A stretch of DNA of 32,000 nucleotides from Cylindrospermopsis raciborskii Cr2010 (GTDB lineage: Bacteria; Cyanobacteriota; Cyanobacteriia; Cyanobacteriales; Nostocaceae). The translations under genes and the position numbers were made by a program. Within the stretch, counting starts at the first letter, position 1. Each line of letters starts with the position of its first letter. A model generated the notes under the pieces. That model searched no databases. It was not told where the DNA came from and saw only the letters and a list, made by a program, of their open reading frames with translations. The stretch lies in contig NZ_CP065936.1 of the NCBI RefSeq assembly GCF_003367075.2, positions 1,620,001 to 1,652,000 on the forward strand, read 5' to 3'. This document shows, piece after piece, positions 26,040 through 32,000 of the stretch.

Positions 26040-26993
26040 ATGATTGAGACTAATGTCTCTCGTCACCATGATTCATTTTTGCAAGTGATTCACAGCTACT
26101 ATCAGTTAACTAAGCCTCGGATTATTCCGCTGCTTTTGATTACTACTTCTGGTAGTATGTGGATCGCCGCTAAAGGACAAGTTGACCCTTGGCTATTATT
26201 AGTGACTCTTTTGGGTGGAACCCTAGCAGCAGCTAGCGCCCAAACCATTAACTGTATCTATGACCGGGATATAGATTATGAAATGGAAAGGACACGTCAC
26301 CGCCCTATGCCCTCTGGTAAGGTGCAATCTAGGGATGCTTTAGTTTTTGCGATCGCCCTAGCTATAGCCTCCTTTACCCTATTAACTGTTTTTGCCAATC
26401 TACTGGCTGCACTTTTAGCATTTTCTGGTATTGTTTTTTATGTTTTAGTCTACACCCACTGGCTAAAACGCCATAGCACTCAAAACATTGTTATTGGGGG
26501 TGCAGCTGGTGCCATTCCCGCTTTAGTAGGTTGGGCAGCAGTTACAGATACCTTGAGTTGGGCAGCTTGGTTACTTTTTGCTATTGTATTTTTATGGACA
26601 CCCCCCCACTTCTGGGCTTTGGCCATGATGATTCGGGATGACTACGCAAAAGTTGGGATTCCTATGTTACCCGTTGTCGCTGGTAATCAAGCCACCGTCC
26701 GACAGATTTGGTTTTATACGGTAATTACTGTGACCTCTACGGTATTGTTGTTTTATCCCTTACATGCTAGTGGGATTGTTTATGTGGTAATAGCCATGAC
26801 CTTGGGTGGAATCTTTCTTCACAAATCCTGGCGATTATTGCAAAATCCAGAAGATAAAACTATTGCTAAAGAGTTGTTTTTGTACTCTATTTCTTACATG
26901 ATGCTATTGTGTTTAGGAATGGTAATTGATAGTTTACCCTTTACCCATTATTTGGTGAGTACAATCCTCCACACTTTCCATTTGGTCGGTTAG
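26040..26993 (+). CDS. ctaB: Protoheme IX farnesyltransferase (heme O synthase)
   Basis: 317-aa UbiA-family ORF with [23 protein letters not shown], the second Asp-rich/aromatic region [12 protein letters not shown], and [10 protein letters not shown]. Confidence 0.95.
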   Translation: MIETNVSRHHDSFLQVIHSYYQLTKPRIIPLLLITTSGSMWIAAKGQVDPWLLLVTLLGGTLAAASAQTINCIYDRDIDYEMERTRHRPMPSGKVQSRDALVFAIALAIASFTLLTVFANLLAALLAFSGIVFYVLVYTHWLKRHSTQNIVIGGAAGAIPALVGWAAVTDTLSWAAWLLFAIVFLWTPPHFWALAMMIRDDYAKVGIPMLPVVAGNQATVRQIWFYTVITVTSTVLLFYPLHASGIVYVVIAMTLGGIFLHKSWRLLQNPEDKTIAKELFLYSISYMMLLCLGMVIDSLPFTHYLVSTILHTFHLVG

Positions 26994-27012
26994 GAACTTT
27001 CCACAAACAAAC

Positions 27013-27043
27013 AAAAAGCGATCGTCTGGCGCGATCGCTTTTT
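27013..27043. terminator. Bidirectional rho-independent terminator built around HIP1-like palindromes
   Basis: AAAAAGCGATCG (27013-27024) pairs perfectly with CGATCGCTTTTT (27032-27043) around a 7-nt loop (TCTGGCG). The A5/T5 flanks give a U-run on either strand. It lies 20 bp after the ctaB stop. Confidence 0.8.
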
Positions 27044-27179
27044 AAGGACTCCAAAAGCTCTATAATCACAAGTATGAAAAAATGGACACTACAAAACTGA
27101 ACGAAAGAAACATTTAATGATTACACTTTACATAGAAAGTAATTTTTTTATTGATTTTGCCAAAAAACAAGATCAAGAT

Positions 27180-27306
27180 ATTTATATATATCCCGTTGGT
27201 TTGTTGGGTTTCGTTCCTCAACCCAACCTACGATTACCCACGACAAAACTAGTCGGTTTAAAATCGACTTGAGCTTTGAGACCGGTCTCCCCCACAGACA
27301 GTCTCC
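27180..27306 (+). repeat. Hairpin-rich dispersed-repeat/MITE-like element, copy 1 (127 bp)
   Basis: It begins ATTTATATATAT. It contains GTTGGGTT-N9-AACCCAAC (27203-27227), AGTCGGTTTAAAATCGACT, and the 12-bp palindrome GAGACCGGTCTC (27278-27289). It ends CCCCCACAGACAGTCTCC. It is nearly identical to 27378-27518. Confidence 0.8.
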
Positions 27307-27377
27307 AGGTAGGGGTTAATTTAAACAATTATGGTTAATCCCCTGGGGATCTCCTGTATGGAGTGCTTAGCAATCGC

Positions 27378-27518
27378 ATTTATATATATGCCGTTGGTTT
27401 GTTGGGTTTCGTTCCTCAACCCAACCTACGATTACCCACGACAAAACCAGTCGGTTTTAAACCGACTTGCGCTTTGAGACCTGGAATTGATTCCCGGTCT
27501 CCCCCACAGACAGTCTCC
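27378..27518 (+). repeat. Hairpin-rich dispersed-repeat/MITE-like element, copy 2 (141 bp)
   Basis: It has the same sequence as copy 1 except for a few substitutions and a 14-nt insertion (TGGAATTGATTCCC). The insertion splits the GAGACC/GGTCTC palindrome. The copy abuts the stop codon of the PP2C gene (27519-27521). Confidence 0.8.
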
Positions 27519-28517
27519 TTACCTAGGAAATACTCTCACAAGAATTAGAATAGCTGTAATATTATCATGACCATTATACTCATTGGCTAAATCAATTAAA
27601 TTACTAAGACCTGATTCCAAATTGCCATTAGAAACGAGTAGAGGTAAGAGGTGGGTTTGCCAATGATTTTCTAACAAGTCATTATCTGATAGACCATCGG
27701 AAACCAGCAAAAATAGCGTATCTTCACATACCTCCAAGAAACTGATATCGGGATAAACCCCATCCCTAGGACCTAAAGCTTGAGTTAATTGATAAGCATC
27801 AGGGCGAGAATAAGCTATTTTAGCATCTACACCCTTAGAAATTTCTCGCTGGGCAACTTCATGATCTACAGTGATTTGCTCCAATCCTTTAGTTATCGTC
27901 ACAGAGTAAATTCGACTATCTCCCACATGACTAACTGCCAATTTATTATTGGACATAATTAACATAACCAGGGTAGTACCCATGCGACCAATACCAGAGC
28001 GCGAAGCTTCCTGATTAATATCATAAATAGCTTGATTAGTCACCAGTATAGATTGGCGAATCATTTCCAGGGTTGGTAATTCTCCCTCAACCCAATGCTG
28101 ATCAAAGTATTGTTTAATAGTATTAACAGCCAACTCGCTGGCCACTTCCCCTCCAGCATGTCCACCCATGCCATCACAGACAATGTATAGACCTCTTACC
28201 TGCAAGTACTGACCATGAGGTAATTCTACCTTTTGTTGCTCACTAGTAATACCAAAGTAATCCTCATTTTTTTGCCGTTGACGACCCACATTAGTACCCG
28301 CTACATATTCCACAGTTTTTAAATGCTTAGACAGCAAAGATGTTGGGGCGGTGTCCGACAATAACGGATTTTGTTCTCCATCATCCTGTAACAAAGTAGG
28401 CGATTCGCCCAAACTAGACTGGGAATTAACAGACCCTAAATTCAGAGGAGTACCACAGCTTTGACAAAATTTATGGTCATGGGGATTTTCAAATTGACAA
28501 GTGGGACAAATCAGCAT
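27519..28517 (-). CDS. PP2C-family Ser/Thr protein phosphatase with an N-terminal zinc-ribbon
   Basis: The ATG at 28517 begins MLICPTCQFENPHDHKFCQSCGTPL, a CxxC...CxxC zinc-ribbon; the track's start at 28550 is a TTG. The PP2C motifs are RQKNEDYF, VCDGMGGHAGGEVAS, GTTLV, VGDSRIY, SDGLSD and GHDNITA. Confidence 0.88.
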   Translation of the reverse strand: MLICPTCQFENPHDHKFCQSCGTPLNLGSVNSQSSLGESPTLLQDDGEQNPLLSDTAPTSLLSKHLKTVEYVAGTNVGRQRQKNEDYFGITSEQQKVELPHGQYLQVRGLYIVCDGMGGHAGGEVASELAVNTIKQYFDQHWVEGELPTLEMIRQSILVTNQAIYDINQEASRSGIGRMGTTLVMLIMSNNKLAVSHVGDSRIYSVTITKGLEQITVDHEVAQREISKGVDAKIAYSRPDAYQLTQALGPRDGVYPDISFLEVCEDTLFLLVSDGLSDNDLLENHWQTHLLPLLVSNGNLESGLSNLIDLANEYNGHDNITAILILVRVFPR

Positions 28518-28542
28518 ACTAAAAATTCCAGCGATTTCTCCA

Positions 28543-29121
28543 TTAAACAATTAAGTTGACCTCAACAGGACTAAGATAGCGCCAGGTACCTACCGGTAAA
28601 TCATCTAATTGTAGTTGAGCTATACGGACTCTAATTAACCGTAAGGTAGGAAAACCCACAGCAGCAGTCATACGTCTAACCTGACGGTTTTTTCCTTCCT
28701 TGAGGGTCATTTCCAACCAAGCGGTGGGAACGTTTTTCCTGAACCTGATGGGAGGGTAACGCTCACCAACAATTGGCTCTTCCAATAACAGTTTAACCTG
28801 AGCAGGAAGAGTGCGATAATTTTGAATTTCCACTCCCTGGCCCAATTTGGCAATAGCTACTGGGTCAGGAATGCGTTCTACCTGTACCCAATAGGTACGT
28901 TGGTGACCAAAACGGGGATTGGCAATATGGTGTTGTAATTTACCATCATTGGTTAGTAACAATAAACCCTCGCTATCCCAATCTAAACGCCCCACAGGAT
29001 AAACATCCGGGACATCAATATAGTCTTTGAGGGTAACATGTTCGGGGAGTTCCCGGGTAAATTGGCTCAGAACTCCATAGGGCTTATGAAAAATAATATA
29101 CTTGAAGTTGTGAGCCATCAT
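28543..29121 (-). CDS. RsuA/RluE-type pseudouridine synthase (RluE-like; no S4 domain)
   Basis: 192-aa ORF with IIFHKPYGVLSQFT, the catalytic-Asp motif VGRLDWDSEGLLLLTNDG, and GKNRQVRRM. Confidence 0.8.
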   Translation of the reverse strand: MMAHNFKYIIFHKPYGVLSQFTRELPEHVTLKDYIDVPDVYPVGRLDWDSEGLLLLTNDGKLQHHIANPRFGHQRTYWVQVERIPDPVAIAKLGQGVEIQNYRTLPAQVKLLLEEPIVGERYPPIRFRKNVPTAWLEMTLKEGKNRQVRRMTAAVGFPTLRLIRVRIAQLQLDDLPVGTWRYLSPVEVNLIV

Positions 29122-29154
29122 TTCTTAGCTTTCAACACTTGACAAGGTTCTATT

Positions 29155-30045
29155 ATGACCAAATTTAAAGTTCCTAGACGCTCCTTTTTACTTTTTGGAG
29201 GTGCCTTTTTAACCCAGATTTGGAGATTGGATTTGCCCGTTAGACCCACTACACCTAGTCAACCGAGTGTGACACCAACTATCATACCGACTGTGCGAGC
29301 ATATAGAAGTCAAATTAACGGTATTCCATTTTATCAAACAATCATTGATTTGAAAGACCCTAATATTTTTGTGACCATTGGTTTACCGAACGATGCCAAT
29401 TTTGCCAATACAATTAGTAGAACCAATGGCGATGAGAATTTTGACCAATTGGTTGCTCGCTCTGGCGCTGCGGTAGTGGTAAATGGTACTTTTGCTTCCA
29501 CAAATCCCCAAAAAACGGTTATGGGTAATCTGGTCGCAGGTGGAAGATTTTTAAAATATAGTCCATGGGAAAACTTTGGCACCACTTTGGGATTGGGTGT
29601 TGGTAATCGACCAGAAATGATAACAGCAAGGGTTGACGGTAGACCAGTATGGAATAAACACTGGTTTTCTATTACCTCTGGACCAAGATTATTGCGTAAT
29701 GGTGAAGTTTCGCTTAATCCCCGTCTTGAAGGTTTTAAAGACCCTACTGTTTTAGGTGCTAGTCTCAGAACCGCAATTGGTTTCTCTCAAGATGGCAAAA
29801 GACTGTTTTTGGCTAGTTTTGATGAGAAGTTATATTTAGATGAAGAAGCGGAGGCGATGAAAGCCATGGGTTGCTATGAAGCAATGAATTTAGACGGTGG
29901 ATCATCTAGAGCCTTAGCATCAGATAATGTAATTTTGGTCCCACCAACAAGAAAACTGACCAATGTGATTTTGGTTTATGATGGTAAAAATCCACCACCA
30001 GAAGAATTAAAATTATCCTGGGAAAGGTTTCAAACCAGAAGGTAA
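29155..30045 (+). CDS. Phosphodiester glycosidase family protein (DUF2233/NAGPA-like), probably secreted
   Basis: 296-aa ORF with a signal-like N-terminus (RRSFLLFGGAFLTQI). It contains SGPRLLRNGEV and the C-terminal AMNLDGGSSRAL motif characteristic of this family. Confidence 0.7.
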   Translation: MTKFKVPRRSFLLFGGAFLTQIWRLDLPVRPTTPSQPSVTPTIIPTVRAYRSQINGIPFYQTIIDLKDPNIFVTIGLPNDANFANTISRTNGDENFDQLVARSGAAVVVNGTFASTNPQKTVMGNLVAGGRFLKYSPWENFGTTLGLGVGNRPEMITARVDGRPVWNKHWFSITSGPRLLRNGEVSLNPRLEGFKDPTVLGASLRTAIGFSQDGKRLFLASFDEKLYLDEEAEAMKAMGCYEAMNLDGGSSRALASDNVILVPPTRKLTNVILVYDGKNPPPEELKLSWERFQTRR

Positions 30046-30048
30046 GCT

Positions 30049-31578
<1,530 letters not shown>

Positions 31579-31595
31579 GTCCGAACTCACAGATT

Positions 31596-31618
31596 GTGGC
31601 AGGCATTCTACCTGCTAC
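31596..31618. terminator. Hairpin between the convergent thiC and dehydrogenase genes (weak terminator candidate)
   Basis: GTGGCAGG (31596-31603) pairs with CCTGCTAC (31611-31618) around the 7-nt loop CATTCTA, with one G-T pair. There is no T-run on either strand. Confidence 0.3.
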
Positions 31619-31629
31619 AATTCCTACTG

Positions 31630-32000
31630 TCACATCTCTAACAGAATTTTCAAAACTCCTTTGGTCTGGGCTTTTTTAAAAGCGGCTAAACCCTCATTTA
31701 GGGGATAAGTTCCATGAACTAAATATGTTACATCTATCTGGTTTGTGGCTAATAGTTCCAGTGCTGGAGTAAATGCTCCACAACGAGAACCTACTAGGGT
31801 AATTTCATCAACTACTAGAGCAGAAGCATCCAAACTTAAATTTCCTGCGTAGGTACTTTTTAAAACCAATATACCTCTGGGACGTAAAGCTCGACGTGCA
31901 ACCGCAAATCCTTCCGCATTTCCTGTACAGTCAATGGCAATATCAAAGTATCTATCTTCTACCATATTGACTAAACCAGTTTTAATGTTTCTAGAAGAAA
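31630..32000 (-). CDS. Zinc-type/MDR-superfamily alcohol dehydrogenase-like oxidoreductase; C-terminal part only, with the 5' end beyond the window
   Basis: The reading frame stays open past the ATG at 31965 to the window edge (...SSRNIKTGLVNMVEDRYFDIAIDCTGN...). The C-terminal Rossmann portion reads DCTGNAEGFAVARRALRPRGILVLKS...GVLKILL. Confidence 0.65.
   Translation of the reverse strand, partial: SSRNIKTGLVNMVEDRYFDIAIDCTGNAEGFAVARRALRPRGILVLKSTYAGNLSLDASALVVDEITLVGSRCGAFTPALELLATNQIDVTYLVHGTYPLNEGLAAFKKAQTKGVLKILLEM

Noticed and set aside
21301-26993. The cytochrome oxidase and heme A/O biosynthesis cluster as a candidate novel respiratory system.
   Set aside because: It has the canonical ctaCDE layout with an intact CuA motif and the standard divergent ctaA-ctaB pair. 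Nothing in the sequence departs from the well-known cyanobacterial arrangement.
27180-27518. Possible CRISPR array, since direct repeats are separated by a unique spacer.
   Set aside because: There are only two copies. The repeat units are 127-141 bp, far longer than CRISPR repeats. The single spacer is 71 bp, and no cas genes are in the window.
27363-27548. 61-aa ORF (MLSNRIYIYAVGLLGFVPQPNLRLPTT...) in the ctaB-PP2C gap.
   Set aside because: It is a read-through of repeat copy 2. Copy 1 does not maintain the same ORF, and the sequence is better explained as structured non-coding repeat DNA.
28543-28550. An 8-bp overlap between the pseudouridine synthase stop and the PP2C start, which would imply translational coupling.
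   Set aside because: The overlap depends on a TTG start at 28550. The ATG at 28517 begins directly at the conserved zinc-ribbon (MLICPTCQ) and is the more likely start, leaving a 25-bp gap.

Overview
The window looks like ordinary chromosomal DNA from a filamentous (Nostocales-like) cyanobacterium. That assignment is an inference from the roughly 16 HIP1 octamers (GCGATCGC), a COP23-like gene and the ctaCDE/ctaAB layout. Gene content from left to right:
- 177-5547 (-): a three-gene type I secretion operon (parvulin-like PPIase, ABC exporter, HlyD-type adaptor).
- 5840-13830: a two-component signalling locus. It has a REC-wHTH-HPt-degenerate-GGDEF regulator, two tandem paralogous Cache/HAMP/PAS/PAS histidine kinases with a 2878-bp period, and a stand-alone receiver.
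- 13877-17414: small secreted proteins (COP23-like, two CAP-domain paralogs), a pirin and an RNase D-like exonuclease.
- 17447-19308: an AAA-ATPase/PD-(D/E)XK-like pseudogene split by an IS630-family element.
- 19688-21234: an OmpR-type regulator followed by an EEP-family hydrolase.
- 21301-26993: the aa3-type cytochrome c oxidase operon ctaCDE, divergent from the heme A/O synthesis genes ctaA and ctaB.
- 27180-27518: two copies of a hairpin-rich ~130-bp repeat.
- 27519-32000: a zinc-ribbon PP2C phosphatase, an RluE-like pseudouridine synthase, a phosphodiester glycosidase, thiC with a structured leader, and a partial MDR dehydrogenase.

I found no recognisable defence island, CRISPR array, tRNA/rRNA gene or biosynthetic cluster. 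The least ordinary part is the signalling locus at 5.8-13.8 kb. Its features are a mosaic tandem duplication, a CxxC versus SxxS cassette in PAS1, a leader shared by three genes, an unusual regulator architecture and no HIP1 sites. The second candidate is the secretion operon, whose ABC exporter has a cNMP-binding domain and a C39-like domain that has lost its catalytic residues. All domain calls come from reading motifs by eye and none has been checked with an HMM.
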